Counted from the first letter of the stretch, positions 9,000 to 18,739 are shown. The stretch: 62,690 bases of DNA from an uncultured Candidatus Poseidoniales archaeon (GCA_964412625.1 CAYPPO010000005.1:1-62690); one strand, 5' to 3'. Numbers and translations are program-made. The notes: generated from the letters alone by a model not told the origin.

Positions 9000-10328
9000 A
9001 TGAAGACAATTTGGATTTCTGATATCTTGAATGGCAAATATGACGGCCAAAGAGTAGAACTGAAAGGCTGGGTAAAACGCTCTCGGGGTTCTAACAAAAT
9101 TCGATTTATTGTTCTACGAGATTCAACTGGCTCGATACAATGTGTTGCCAAGAGAGATGTAATTGGTGATGAATCTTTTGAGGCAATTAAATCTGCACTA
9201 ATTGAGTCGTCAATGATTTTACACGGCACAGCAAATCCGGATGAAAGAGCAGATGGTGGCTATGAAATTGTCATTGATAAGATAGAAATTGTTGGAGCAG
9301 TGAATCCTGAAACACCATTCCCAATAACGGAATCTGCGATGATTGCCGCTGATGGCGGTGAGACTGAATTCTTACTAGACAATAGACACTTGTACCTAAG
9401 AACCTCAAGAATGACAACAATGCTCAAGCTAAGAAGTACCGTTTTTGGTGCAATTCATTCATATTTCCGTGATCAAGATTTCTTAGAATATCAAGCCCCG
9501 AATTTTGTTGCTGGAGCCGTTGAGGGTGGATCTACACTTTTCGAAGTCCCATATTTTGGCAGGAAGGCATACCTAACTCAGTCATGGCAATTGTACGCAG
9601 AGGCTGCTATGCCTGCGCTTGAAAAATTGTACACAATTGCCCCGTCATTTAGGGCTGAAAAATCAAGAACAAGAAGACACTTAACCGAGTTTTGGCATGC
9701 TGAGATGGAAGTTGCATGGGCAGATAACCAAGAAATCATGACTTATGGTGAAGGAGTTGTCCGTAAAATTGCAGCAACTTTACTCGAAGAGAGGAGCCAA
9801 GAATTAGAATCACTGGGAAGGGATCTCGAAGTAATATCCAGATATGCTGACTCAAAATATCCAAGGATGAGATATGATGAAGCAATCGAAACATTACAAG
9901 GTATGGGGGTTGAAGTTGAGTGGGGCCAGGACCTAGATTATTCAAAAGAAAAAGTGCTAACACAGGATTTTGATGTACCTCATTTCTTGACACACTATCC
10001 AAAAATCGCCAAACCATTTTATCACAGAGTAGACCCAGATGACGGGAACTATGTCCTCTGTCATGATTTGCTCGCCCCAGAAGGATATGGCGAAATCATT
10101 GGCGGCGGGGAGAGAACTTGGTCTGAAGAAGAGATACTCGCACGAATTGATGAAGAGGGTACTCCGAGAGAACCATATCAATTCTACATCGACACTCGAA
10201 CCTATGGTGGCGTGCCACATGGAGGTTTTGGCTTAGGTGTAGATAGGGTATGTTCATGGTTAAGTGGTGCTGAACATATTCGTGAAGTGATACCGTTCCC
10301 AAGAGATTCTAGAAGAGTCACACCCTGA
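9000..10328 (+). CDS. asnS: Asparagine--tRNA ligase
   Basis: N-terminal OB fold (FIVLRDSTG), RHLYLR, YLTQSWQLY, motif 2 FRAEKSRTRRHLTEFW and motif 3 PHGGFGLGVDR. Confidence 0.9.
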   Translation: MKTIWISDILNGKYDGQRVELKGWVKRSRGSNKIRFIVLRDSTGSIQCVAKRDVIGDESFEAIKSALIESSMILHGTANPDERADGGYEIVIDKIEIVGAVNPETPFPITESAMIAADGGETEFLLDNRHLYLRTSRMTTMLKLRSTVFGAIHSYFRDQDFLEYQAPNFVAGAVEGGSTLFEVPYFGRKAYLTQSWQLYAEAAMPALEKLYTIAPSFRAEKSRTRRHLTEFWHAEMEVAWADNQEIMTYGEGVVRKIAATLLEERSQELESLGRDLEVISRYADSKYPRMRYDEAIETLQGMGVEVEWGQDLDYSKEKVLTQDFDVPHFLTHYPKIAKPFYHRVDPDDGNYVLCHDLLAPEGYGEIIGGGERTWSEEEILARIDEEGTPREPYQFYIDTRTYGGVPHGGFGLGVDRVCSWLSGAEHIREVIPFPRDSRRVTP

Positions 10329-10336
10329 GTGATCAC

Positions 10337-11389
10337 ATGTACGACGTCATCGCATTAGGCTGTGGACTAGTCGGTGAATTTGTGGTGAGAAAATTAAGTG
10401 AGCTAGGATACAAAATCCATGTTATTGATTTGAAAATACCACTCGAAGTTAAGGAGAATTCTAGGATTAGTTATGAAGAGGGTGACATTTTCCATTTACT
10501 CGATAACCTACCAAAAACCAAAGTCGTTCTAAATCTCTTACCCGGAAGCATCGGGGAAAATATTAGACCAATACTAATTTCTCGTGGAGACGACATCGTC
10601 GACTTGGCTTTTACCGAGGCTGAACCAACTATCCATAATCAACATGCTATCGAAAATAATTGCACACTGATTTGGGATGTGGGTATTGCACCAGGGTTAT
10701 CAAATATGTTGGTTAAGAAGGAATTTACTAGAGACAGTAAGATTAGAGATATTTCCATAAAAGTAGGCGGTAACCCTGCACAGCCTGATGACAATTGGTC
10801 ATACATGGCACCATTTTCTCCATCGGATGTTATTGAGGAGTACACTAGGCCAGCGAGAATAATTGAAAATGGGGCAGAAAAGACGGTAGACGCCCTAACT
10901 GATTTACACCGAATAAAGGTAAGTAGTTTTGGAGTAATGGAGGCATTTTTGACTGACGGATTGAGGAGTTTACTCAATTCCAAGATGGCTGAAAATATGA
11001 GGGAATACACTGTTCGATGGCCGGGACATATACAAAAATGGCTCACTTCAAAAGATACATTAACCGATGAAGAACTAATAGAGTCATGGAAATTTGACCA
11101 AAATAGGGATGAATTCACATGGATGGAAATCAACTTCACCTATGATGGATATCAGGTAACTTGGGAAATTTTGGACACTGGTAAAGATGGTGCAAGTTCA
11201 ATGGCGAGAACCACAGGATTGGTAACACTGGCGTGTGCTGTAGATTTATTGGAGCACGTAGGGAGTGGATCAAAAGAGTATGCATTGGGGGTTCTGGCTC
11301 CCGAGGACTTGCCAACGGAATCTATAGAAAGAGTAATACAATTCATGAAATCTGAGAGTGTGGAAATTACTCGTACAATTAAAGAATAG
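10337..11389 (+). CDS. Saccharopine dehydrogenase / lysine 6-dehydrogenase family oxidoreductase
   Basis: Rossmann motif LGCGLVG, DVGIAPGLSN, VGGNPAQP, YTVRWPGH and SSMARTTG. Confidence 0.85.
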   Translation: MYDVIALGCGLVGEFVVRKLSELGYKIHVIDLKIPLEVKENSRISYEEGDIFHLLDNLPKTKVVLNLLPGSIGENIRPILISRGDDIVDLAFTEAEPTIHNQHAIENNCTLIWDVGIAPGLSNMLVKKEFTRDSKIRDISIKVGGNPAQPDDNWSYMAPFSPSDVIEEYTRPARIIENGAEKTVDALTDLHRIKVSSFGVMEAFLTDGLRSLLNSKMAENMREYTVRWPGHIQKWLTSKDTLTDEELIESWKFDQNRDEFTWMEINFTYDGYQVTWEILDTGKDGASSMARTTGLVTLACAVDLLEHVGSGSKEYALGVLAPEDLPTESIERVIQFMKSESVEITRTIKE

Positions 11390-11492
11390 TTTCACCACAC
11401 ATTGGGCACTCCATTCCGGGAACAAATTCACCCAGCATAAACCCACAGTTCAGACAAATCGAGGATATGAAGCTATAATCATCAACCGGCAT
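11379..11492 (-). CDS. 37-aa zinc-finger microprotein (CxxC...CPxCG), not in the ORF track
   Basis: Hand translation: MPVDDYSFISSICLNCGFMLGEFVPGMECPMCGETIL*. ATG at 11492, TAA at 11379-11381; 28 nt downstream of the co-oriented HAD gene. Confidence 0.7.
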   Translation of the reverse strand: MPVDDYSFISSICLNCGFMLGEFVPGMECPMCGETIL

Positions 11493-11520
11493 TGATATTC
11501 CATAGATCGGTATAAAATAA

Positions 11521-12282
11521 TTATTTGCTAAATTTATTTTGAATCTCTTCTAGGACTAATTTCAAGTCTTTTTCCTCTATCACTACATCGCAATGAGCTA
11601 TTGGCCTATCATCCCATGGATTGAAGCATATTGCTAAGCCTGACTCTTCAAACATACCAATGTCACCTGCAGAATCCCCTACTGAGGCGGTTTTGTCTTT
11701 GCTTATGTTGTATCTTCTCTGTAACATCTTTACGATAGCACCCTTACCATTCATTTGGACCTGGTATCTGCCAAAATCGTCTAGTTTGTACTGCCCGTCA
11801 TCAGTTTTATTCCCCCTAAGCCAGCCATTGGTGAAAATTGTCAATTGAGAATCATAGCCATTTCCATAACGTTGGGCAGTAAATCTATCGATTCCACCCC
11901 ATCTACGCTTCCATGGAATGTTAGACGGGAATTTAGCTGCAATATCCCGAGCAGTTTGTTGAAGGCCTCCCGATATAATTGCGACTTTTGCACCGTCTCT
12001 CAATAATTCTGTAATTAATAATTGCCAGTTTTTCATCATAGGCATACCTTCCATAAGCAATCTAAGTTCCTCATCAGTAATATCTCGATTTTTGATGCTA
12101 TCTTTGATTAACGCAATATCTAATTTTATCCAATCCCATTCATCAAGCAATCCTTGATTGTAAAGTTCAAATGATTCGTCATTTGAAATGCCCAATTTAT
12201 CGTAGACAAATTGCCAAGTAGACAGATGATCGACTAGGACTCTGTCCATGTCTAAACACACTAAATAATGGTAATCGTTCAT
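11521..12282 (-). CDS. HAD-IB family hydrolase (phosphoserine phosphatase-like)
   Basis: Motif I DMDRVL, motif II ISGG, motif III KG and motif IV VGDSAGD. Start taken at ATG 12282. Confidence 0.85.
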   Translation of the reverse strand: MNDYHYLVCLDMDRVLVDHLSTWQFVYDKLGISNDESFELYNQGLLDEWDWIKLDIALIKDSIKNRDITDEELRLLMEGMPMMKNWQLLITELLRDGAKVAIISGGLQQTARDIAAKFPSNIPWKRRWGGIDRFTAQRYGNGYDSQLTIFTNGWLRGNKTDDGQYKLDDFGRYQVQMNGKGAIVKMLQRRYNISKDKTASVGDSAGDIGMFEESGLAICFNPWDDRPIAHCDVVIEEKDLKLVLEEIQNKFSK

Positions 12283-12295
12283 GAAAATACACCGT

Positions 12296-13147
12296 TCAAG
12301 TAGTTTTATCATCAATGTTTTTCCAATTATATTGAGATTGAATCTGCTCGACCTGTTTGCCCATTATGTACAAAATTAGAGCAATCATCATGGCAAACAG
12401 ACCAATCAAAGTCATTGCAATTGTTGTCAACGTTACTCCAATCGATACCGAGTTTAACTCACTGAAAGTATCGACTACATTACCCGATAAGCGATAGCCT
12501 AAAACGAAGAGAACAATACCAGGAATGCCAAACAAAAATAATGGATGTTTAGTCTCCAACATCCAATAAAATAGTTGAGCAAATCTAGACGCCGTTGCTA
12601 GTGATTGGCGTTGTGGTAATTTTATTTTGCCCGATGATTCAATAACTCTAACTCTTAGTTCACTAGGAAAATTAACTGTACTAGTCATCGAATTTGCTCT
12701 TGCTAGTTCATCGAGTCCTCGATTTGAGAGGAATAAATAATCTACTTCTAAAGAGCCAATAACCAATTCTTCAGCAACTAAATCATCATTTCCTAATCCT
12801 TTGTCATATGACACATAAATGTCCCAGCCTTCTCTTGAACAATTAACAATAACAGGTAGGTCTCTAAGCCGCCACTCATCGGTAACATAGATGATGAGAT
12901 TAGATAGGCCATCTGATAATTTTGATTTGGTCAAAAATTGTGCTAACTTCGGTGCGGTGATATCGACTTCCGAATATTTCATAATTTTACAGTCAATCTC
13001 TTCGGCAAATTGTATTGTTCTGTCCGTTGAACCAGTGTCAACAAAAACAACTTCTCCCGCAATTTCCTTAGCTCTAACAAGCAAGGAAATTATTCGTAAT
13101 TCTATGTTGCAACCAACATAGATTAGCCTCAGTTCTTGGCTAGTCAC
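12296..13147 (-). CDS. Divergent glycosyltransferase family 2-like protein with two C-terminal TM helices
   Basis: VVFVDTGSTDRT GT2 motif, no clear DxD, C-terminal HPLFLFGIPG plus two TM helices as in DPM1-like GT2s; GTG start. Confidence 0.6.
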   Translation of the reverse strand: MTSQELRLIYVGCNIELRIISLLVRAKEIAGEVVFVDTGSTDRTIQFAEEIDCKIMKYSEVDITAPKLAQFLTKSKLSDGLSNLIIYVTDEWRLRDLPVIVNCSREGWDIYVSYDKGLGNDDLVAEELVIGSLEVDYLFLSNRGLDELARANSMTSTVNFPSELRVRVIESSGKIKLPQRQSLATASRFAQLFYWMLETKHPLFLFGIPGIVLFVLGYRLSGNVVDTFSELNSVSIGVTLTTIAMTLIGLFAMMIALILYIMGKQVEQIQSQYNWKNIDDKTT

Positions 13148-13271
13148 ATATTCGTGTAAATTCTATTGAACTTATAACCTACGACCAATAGTCCAAAAAA
13201 TCTGACTTTTTGAATCTAAACTTACTAATCCAGAAAGTTATATTCATGATAGTTGACCTCTTAGGCCTATC

Positions 13272-14216
13272 ATGCGTAAAGAATGGCATGTCGGAATTGT
13301 CATTCCTGCGAGAAATGAGCAAGAGTTCATTGGAACTGTAATTGAATCAATTCCAGATTTTGTTGACAAAATTATTGTTGTTAATGACGGGTCATCAGAT
13401 AATACAAAAAAAATAGTTGAAGAAAAGATTAATGCTAAAAATAAAATTGAGTTGATAAATTTGGCTGGCGAAGGTGTTGGTCGTGCTATCGATTGTGGAC
13501 ATCAATATCTGTTAGATAATCTGCAAAAACCATTTGTGAGCGTGGTTATGGCTGGTGACGGGCAAATGGATGTTGAAGATTTGCCACATGTGATTGAACC
13601 GATAATTCAAGAACAAACCGATCACGTAAAAGGTAACAGATTTCACCATCCTGATGGGACTGGAAACATGCCTGCTACGAGGAAATTAGCTAGTAAACTG
13701 TTAGGATTTTTCACCACTTTGGCTGCTGGCCGGCAAGTAACTGACCCGCAATGTGGTTATACTGCTACCAGCCACATCGTGCTTGAGAATTGGAATTGGA
13801 ATGTTTCATGGAAAGGTTATGGCTATCCAAATTATTGGTTAATTGAGATGTCTAAAAAGTCATTTCGACTCAAAGAGGTTCCTGTTAAATCGGTCTACGC
13901 AAACGAAAAGTCAGGAATAAAGAATTTCTCATTTTTCATCTCAGTAGGTTTAATGATGTTGGTAATGCACCATAAAAGGTGCTTTTCGATGTTATTTAGT
14001 AGGTCAGTAGCGCCACACACAATTCTAGCTTTTACCGCATATGCCATAGGATGGATTGCTTTAATTCCCGGAATAAGCACAGATCTTGAACGTGAGTTAA
14101 CCAGTGGATTTCCCTCAAAACTTGTATTGGTATTACTATGTTGGATATGCGCTCATATATTTGACCGACTAGCAGTAAAATCAAGAACGGAGTTGAGAAT
14201 AAATGCGCAGGCATGA
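13272..14216 (+). CDS. Glycosyltransferase family 2 (Dol-P-Man synthase-like)
   Basis: IVIPARNE, VVNDGSSD, MAGDGQMD, VKGNRF, TDPQCGY and EVPVKSVY, followed by two TM helices. Confidence 0.9.
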   Translation: MRKEWHVGIVIPARNEQEFIGTVIESIPDFVDKIIVVNDGSSDNTKKIVEEKINAKNKIELINLAGEGVGRAIDCGHQYLLDNLQKPFVSVVMAGDGQMDVEDLPHVIEPIIQEQTDHVKGNRFHHPDGTGNMPATRKLASKLLGFFTTLAAGRQVTDPQCGYTATSHIVLENWNWNVSWKGYGYPNYWLIEMSKKSFRLKEVPVKSVYANEKSGIKNFSFFISVGLMMLVMHHKRCFSMLFSRSVAPHTILAFTAYAIGWIALIPGISTDLERELTSGFPSKLVLVLLCWICAHIFDRLAVKSRTELRINAQA

Positions 14217-14526
14217 TAAAAGAAATAACCCAAGAAAGGCCCATGTCAGACACATACTAGTTCCCGACAAACCCCTTGCCAGAAAACTAATTGAGGAGAT
14301 TACAAGTGCTAGAAATCCACTTAAATCATTTAAAAAATGTGCTAAAACATATTCAACGTGCCCCAGTGGTTCGAAAAAAGGCGATTTAGGTGAATTCGTT
14401 GAAGGCCAGATGGTAAGGGAATTTGAATCTGCAGTTTGGCAAACACAGGTTGATGAAGTGCCTAATAGGTTTATCAAAACCCAATTTGGTTATCACATAA
14501 TTTGGGTACATTCCAAGACTGATTAA
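14203..14526 (+). CDS. Parvulin-type peptidyl-prolyl cis-trans isomerase (PpiC family)
   Basis: HVRHILV, AKTYSTCPS, GDLGEF, MVREFE and KTQFGYHII. Confidence 0.93.
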   Translation: MRRHDKRNNPRKAHVRHILVPDKPLARKLIEEITSARNPLKSFKKCAKTYSTCPSGSKKGDLGEFVEGQMVREFESAVWQTQVDEVPNRFIKTQFGYHIIWVHSKTD

Positions 14527-14532
14527 GATAAA

Positions 14533-14610
14533 TGGTGGGCGTACCAAGATTTGAACTTGGGTCCAAGCGTCCCAAACGCCCGAGTATAGGCCAAACTAAC
14601 CCATACGCCC
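14533..14610 (-). tRNA. tRNA-Pro (anticodon TGG), CCA encoded
   Basis: Reverse complement: GGGCGTA/TACGCCC acceptor stem, anticodon loop TTTGGGA, CCAAG-TTCAAAT-CTTGG T-arm, ends ACCA. Two G-U pairs at the top of the anticodon stem. Confidence 0.92.
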
Positions 14611-14644
14611 GTTGTGTTTGGCCACAACTTCCCTGTTATCAAAT

Positions 14645-15082
14645 TCACTCAAGAAATTGCCATAATCCCTTACCCAATCTGAGTATTGTGCCTTGGGCCT
14701 CCGCCATTTCCAAAAAGTGGTTAACCTCTCCATCGAAACCCTTGGAACTAAACGCAAGTTTTAGTTTATCTAAAGTAAAATTCCCATTTTCATCTAAGGA
14801 ATTCCTCAAAATACTAAGACCCTTAGAAGGCGAAAAATTCGACGCTACATCTAACAAATTTTCCGAAACTTCAAGCCTATTTGACAACGATTCCCTCAGT
14901 TCAGCAGGTGTATTAGCTATTATGACTTTCATGCGCAATTCTGCAGGATTATCGGCGTAATCGACTACAGGGGTTTTTTCAATGACTCTCTGTCCGCAGT
15001 GAGGGCAGTTATGTCCAGGTGATTTCCTACCATGGCACATTGCACATGCAAGGCATTTGAAGACTTTCCACGCCCCTGACAT
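14645..15082 (-). CDS. Hypothetical protein with N-terminal zinc ribbon and possible C-terminal winged helix
   Basis: CLACAMCH...CPHCG near the N-terminus, followed by a helical region ending ILRLGKGLWQF. Confidence 0.55.
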   Translation of the reverse strand: MSGAWKVFKCLACAMCHGRKSPGHNCPHCGQRVIEKTPVVDYADNPAELRMKVIIANTPAELRESLSNRLEVSENLLDVASNFSPSKGLSILRNSLDENGNFTLDKLKLAFSSKGFDGEVNHFLEMAEAQGTILRLGKGLWQFLE

Positions 15083-15118
15083 GTTGGTTAATCATGACGA
15101 AGGTACTTGAAAATATTG

Positions 15119-15772
15119 TCATAGGGAAAAATCAGTATTACTGCCACCACCACGTCTGCTGCCGGGTCTCAAGGCTGGAGCTGCGGGGGCTTTGACATCA
15201 ACCCGTTTCTGTTGTTTTTCTTCGGGCACAGTCAAGCCACCTCTTATCGGGCCTGTAGATTGTCTACCACCAATTGACAGAGAATTTGGCATAATTAGAG
15301 CCGCCATTGCAACGCCATGATGGTCTGCACCAGCGGTGACTTCATCCACAGCCACATCAAAACTTATTACTTCAAGGTCTCTTGTTGCTAGCCTTCTTTG
15401 CAGATTCCTTCTCAACAATAACGATGTTTCCTCGTAATCCAACTCAGTACTGATGGTTGCAACTACGGCACACTCATCACCTTCAGGGGTAACACATGAT
15501 GCCCAAGCAACGCCAGCACAAGCACTCGAACCGTTATATGCATAAGCAGTTGCCATGTGACATTCGACTAAGGAACCCATCGGTAATGCCCTTGGGGGGG
15601 TTGCTTCAAAATTTAGCGGTAACATGGCACCCTTGGCTTCAATCAAACGGGTATCGCCCAATCCTAGTTCTACCAATCCCTGATCATACGCATCTTCGGA
15701 ATTTTCACCCCATGGAGCGACAGCAGTCATCAGCCATCCGTGACACCTCCGAGGTACTCTACCGGGCTTCAT
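15119..15772 (-). CDS. Pyruvoyl-dependent arginine decarboxylase (PdaD)-like protein, apparently lacking the pyruvoyl-forming Ser
   Basis: SEDAYDQGLVELGLGDTRLI...MLP, GSLVECHMA, SACAGVAWA and HHGVAMAALI match the PdaD fold pattern, but the Ser-Ser cleavage site reads AKGAM. Start taken at ATG 15772. Confidence 0.7.
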   Translation of the reverse strand: MKPGRVPRRCHGWLMTAVAPWGENSEDAYDQGLVELGLGDTRLIEAKGAMLPLNFEATPPRALPMGSLVECHMATAYAYNGSSACAGVAWASCVTPEGDECAVVATISTELDYEETSLLLRRNLQRRLATRDLEVISFDVAVDEVTAGADHHGVAMAALIMPNSLSIGGRQSTGPIRGGLTVPEEKQQKRVDVKAPAAPALRPGSRRGGGSNTDFSL

Positions 15773-15801
15773 ATTGTAAGACAGACGCAAGAGGTTCTTG
15801 A

Positions 15802-16131
15802 ATGAAATGGTCATCACGGTATATGAGTCGGGCGTATAAGTGGTTGATTTTGACTACTGGTTTTACCCTGATAATTTTAGGATTTATTTTAGGTAACAGT
15901 GGATCAAGTATCCCTTTTTCAGCCTATTTTTTGGCTGTTATCTTGTTACTAATTGTTATTATTTTTTGGAAATCATTTGACACAAAAGCTGGATATCGGG
16001 AAAATTCAGGGTCCAGTCCAGGTGTTACGTCGCTTCATGATAATCACAGTGAATTACGCACGATCGAAACTGAAAGCAAGACATCAATTCCTAACCCATT
16101 GGATTCTGATATTGATATTCCACTGATGTGA
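15802..16131 (+). CDS. Small two-TM membrane protein, hypothetical
   Basis: Two hydrophobic segments followed by a polar tail ending DIDIPLM; fills the gap between convergent neighbours. Confidence 0.6.
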   Translation: MKWSSRYMSRAYKWLILTTGFTLIILGFILGNSGSSIPFSAYFLAVILLLIVIIFWKSFDTKAGYRENSGSSPGVTSLHDNHSELRTIETESKTSIPNPLDSDIDIPLM

Positions 16132-16132
16132 T

Positions 16133-18037
16133 TTAGATTAACCTGATTGTTTCAAGATTTTTTGGTGCGTAAGTTCTACATTTGTAACGTTCTCTTAGAG
16201 CATGTCCAAGTTCGTTACATTTGTGATAATCGCCATGATGACAGATAATATTCCTTGGCTTAGGATGGAGTTGTTCGACAAATTCTAACAATTGTCTCCT
16301 GTCAGAGTGACCGGAAAATCCGTCAATAGTCGCCATCTCACAACCAACTTTTACAATTTCAGTCTGTCCATTGATGACCATTGGAACTTCGCTAAATCCT
16401 TTCTGCAACCTTCTACCAAGTGTACCTTCTGCTTGATAGCCGACAAAACATAGTGAATTACGTTCGCTATATGCCCAGTTTTTGAAATATTCTACAACTG
16501 GTCCTGCATTCATCATTCCGGAAGTTGCTAGAACAATGCATGGAGACGAATCCATCAGTATTTTTTCACGCAACTCACGACCCTTAACTGGTCGGAACCA
16601 CTCATTGCTAAATGGATTTCCACCATCGTCTTTTAGCAGTGATTTACGCAGTGCATTAGTTAGATAATTTGGATGCGCAGCGTGGATTGCAGTTGCTTCT
16701 TCAATCATGCCATCCAACCAAACAGGGACAGGCTTAACATTGCCAGATCTAAACAATTCATCGATAGCAATCATGACTTCTTGACTTCTACCAACAGCAA
16801 AAACCGGGAATATCATTTTACCACCACGACTGATGGTTCTTGAAACGATGTCCACTAATTCTTGATTAGCTTCTTGTCGAGATGGCTGATAATCTCCTGC
16901 AGAACCATAAGTTGATTCAAGGACGAGAGATTCGACTTTTGGAAATCGTGTATTTGCTGCATCAAATAACCATGATTTCTCATACTTTTGGTCGCCACTA
17001 AATAACAGATTGTGTTTGCCATCGCCTATGTGTAAGTGTACTGCTGAGGATCCAAGAATATGACCAGAGTTAGAAAATGTCATTTTGATATCTGGTGCAA
17101 TATCTGTTGTTTGATCCCATGGAACATCAATCACATGTCTTTGGCAGGTTCGAATATCCTCCATGCTGTAAGGAGCCATTCTACCTTCAGACCCACTAAT
17201 TTTTAGATAATCTGATTGGAGTAATAGCATTAAATCTCTTGTTGGTGGCGTGCAGAAAACCGGACCTCGATAGCCATACTTGAATAAAACTGGCAACATT
17301 CCTGCATGATCTAGGTGAGCATGTGTTAGGATTACCGCGTCTAGTTTGTCGATCGGTAAAGCCTCCGGAGCGTTAAAAAATGGCATTGGGTCTAAGTCAT
17401 TAGCAACATTTACGCCCACATCAATCATTATTCGAGACTCGTTAGTGGTGACGAGGTGACACGCTCTACCAACTTCCCGATAGGAACCAAGGGCGGTGAC
17501 TCTTGCCCATGTTGAACCTGGACGTTTTGGCCTATGCATGTTTAGTCCAAAGTCCTTCAGCAGTTTCTTTCTTTCTTCAACATTCGCTTGACGATAACCC
17601 CTGATATCATGAACAGTCTTAGACAAAAGTGGTGGTGTTCGTTCAACAATTGGTATCCAACCTGTTCGGTCTCTAATTTCGTTTACATTAGCACCTTTAC
17701 GACCTACTGCTTCACCTGGATTCTTGCATTGAATGGTTACTTCACTGAAACATCCATCAAAATATATTTGAGAAATCTCAGCTTCTTCGGGAATTATCGA
17801 TTCGATTGTTGACCTCGCTTCTTGTTCGGGTTTGACAATACTTGGGTCTGGCCTTATCTTGATTCTACGCTTAATCTTCTTGGCAATCTTACCAACCAAG
17901 CCGTCACCGCCGCCGAATTCTTTTGGTACATCTGTCACAATAGCAATATCTCCAGCCTCTAAGCCAACCTTGTAGTTGATTGACTTGGGGACTATTCTAG
18001 CGATTTCATCTTTTAATTCTTTAAATGTTAGGCGCAT
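16133..18037 (-). CDS. aCPSF1/FttA beta-CASP ribonuclease (KH domains + MBL + beta-CASP), transcription termination factor
   Basis: Two N-terminal KH domains (AVGRKGANV), EVGRAC, THAHLDHAG, SGHILGS, LESTYG, VFAVGRSQE, ATSGMM and GFSGHSDR. Confidence 0.96.
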   Translation of the reverse strand: MRLTFKELKDEIARIVPKSINYKVGLEAGDIAIVTDVPKEFGGGDGLVGKIAKKIKRRIKIRPDPSIVKPEQEARSTIESIIPEEAEISQIYFDGCFSEVTIQCKNPGEAVGRKGANVNEIRDRTGWIPIVERTPPLLSKTVHDIRGYRQANVEERKKLLKDFGLNMHRPKRPGSTWARVTALGSYREVGRACHLVTTNESRIMIDVGVNVANDLDPMPFFNAPEALPIDKLDAVILTHAHLDHAGMLPVLFKYGYRGPVFCTPPTRDLMLLLQSDYLKISGSEGRMAPYSMEDIRTCQRHVIDVPWDQTTDIAPDIKMTFSNSGHILGSSAVHLHIGDGKHNLLFSGDQKYEKSWLFDAANTRFPKVESLVLESTYGSAGDYQPSRQEANQELVDIVSRTISRGGKMIFPVFAVGRSQEVMIAIDELFRSGNVKPVPVWLDGMIEEATAIHAAHPNYLTNALRKSLLKDDGGNPFSNEWFRPVKGRELREKILMDSSPCIVLATSGMMNAGPVVEYFKNWAYSERNSLCFVGYQAEGTLGRRLQKGFSEVPMVINGQTEIVKVGCEMATIDGFSGHSDRRQLLEFVEQLHPKPRNIICHHGDYHKCNELGHALRERYKCRTYAPKNLETIRLI

Positions 18038-18112
18038 TTTACCACCTTTTGGTTACCACAGATTCAGGACAAATGTGTCAAGCACATTGCAGAAAACTGC
18101 GGGAGTAAAAAA

Positions 18113-18739
18113 TCAAGAAAGTAATTTGTTGATTTGGTCTTGAGTTTGTAAAACAAAGCCGTCTTTCTTGGTAATAACAGCGAGATCCATGCCGTTGCCA
18201 GAGGCTGCGTCACGTTGTCCCGACGCGTGTAGGGCGCGGGCTGCGAGTTTCAATGCTTCGGCTTCGCTCATATCTGGCTTAAACCCATCTTCGAGCACAC
18301 CATACATGTATGGAGAGCCTGATCCTGTCGCACAGTATGTGTCAGGTATTGAACCACCAGCAGAATCTATAGAATAGACATGTCCGCCATCTTCATCAAC
18401 GCCGACAATCAGTAATTGAACCCAATGCGGCCTACCGGAGAGTATGTTCGCAGTGAGAGTAGCGGCTCCCTTTACGGTCATTGGTTGTTGTCGACGTAGT
18501 TCGAATAGCGCAACTTCCGCTGAAAGTGTTCTTGAAAGCGACTGGGCGTGACCAACCAGACCAGCCGTTGTGAGAGCAAGTCTATCACCAATTTGGAACA
18601 ATTTCTGGACAGACTTGTTAGCGATGAAATGACCCATTGTCGCTCGGTGGTCTGCACCAACTACCACTCCTCCTTTGAAAGTGATTCCTAATGTACTAGT
18701 CCCCGTTTTTAGCAAGTTTGCGTTGTTGTCCATCATCAT
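18113..18739 (-). CDS. psmB: Proteasome subunit beta
   Basis: Propeptide ending KTG followed by the catalytic Thr (TSTLG), ADHRAT, TGSGSPY and RDAASG. Conserved archaeal adjacency to aCPSF1. Confidence 0.95.
   Translation of the reverse strand: MMMDNNANLLKTGTSTLGITFKGGVVVGADHRATMGHFIANKSVQKLFQIGDRLALTTAGLVGHAQSLSRTLSAEVALFELRRQQPMTVKGAATLTANILSGRPHWVQLLIVGVDEDGGHVYSIDSAGGSIPDTYCATGSGSPYMYGVLEDGFKPDMSEAEALKLAARALHASGQRDAASGNGMDLAVITKKDGFVLQTQDQINKLLS

Noticed and set aside
14533-14610. tRNA-Pro as a pseudogene because of two G-U pairs in the anticodon stem
   Set aside because: The acceptor and T arms are perfect, conserved loop bases are present, and CCA is encoded; G-U pairs are tolerated.
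14532-14960. 142-aa plus-strand ORF
   Set aside because: It starts inside the antisense of tRNA-Pro and runs antisense to the zinc-ribbon gene; a shadow ORF.
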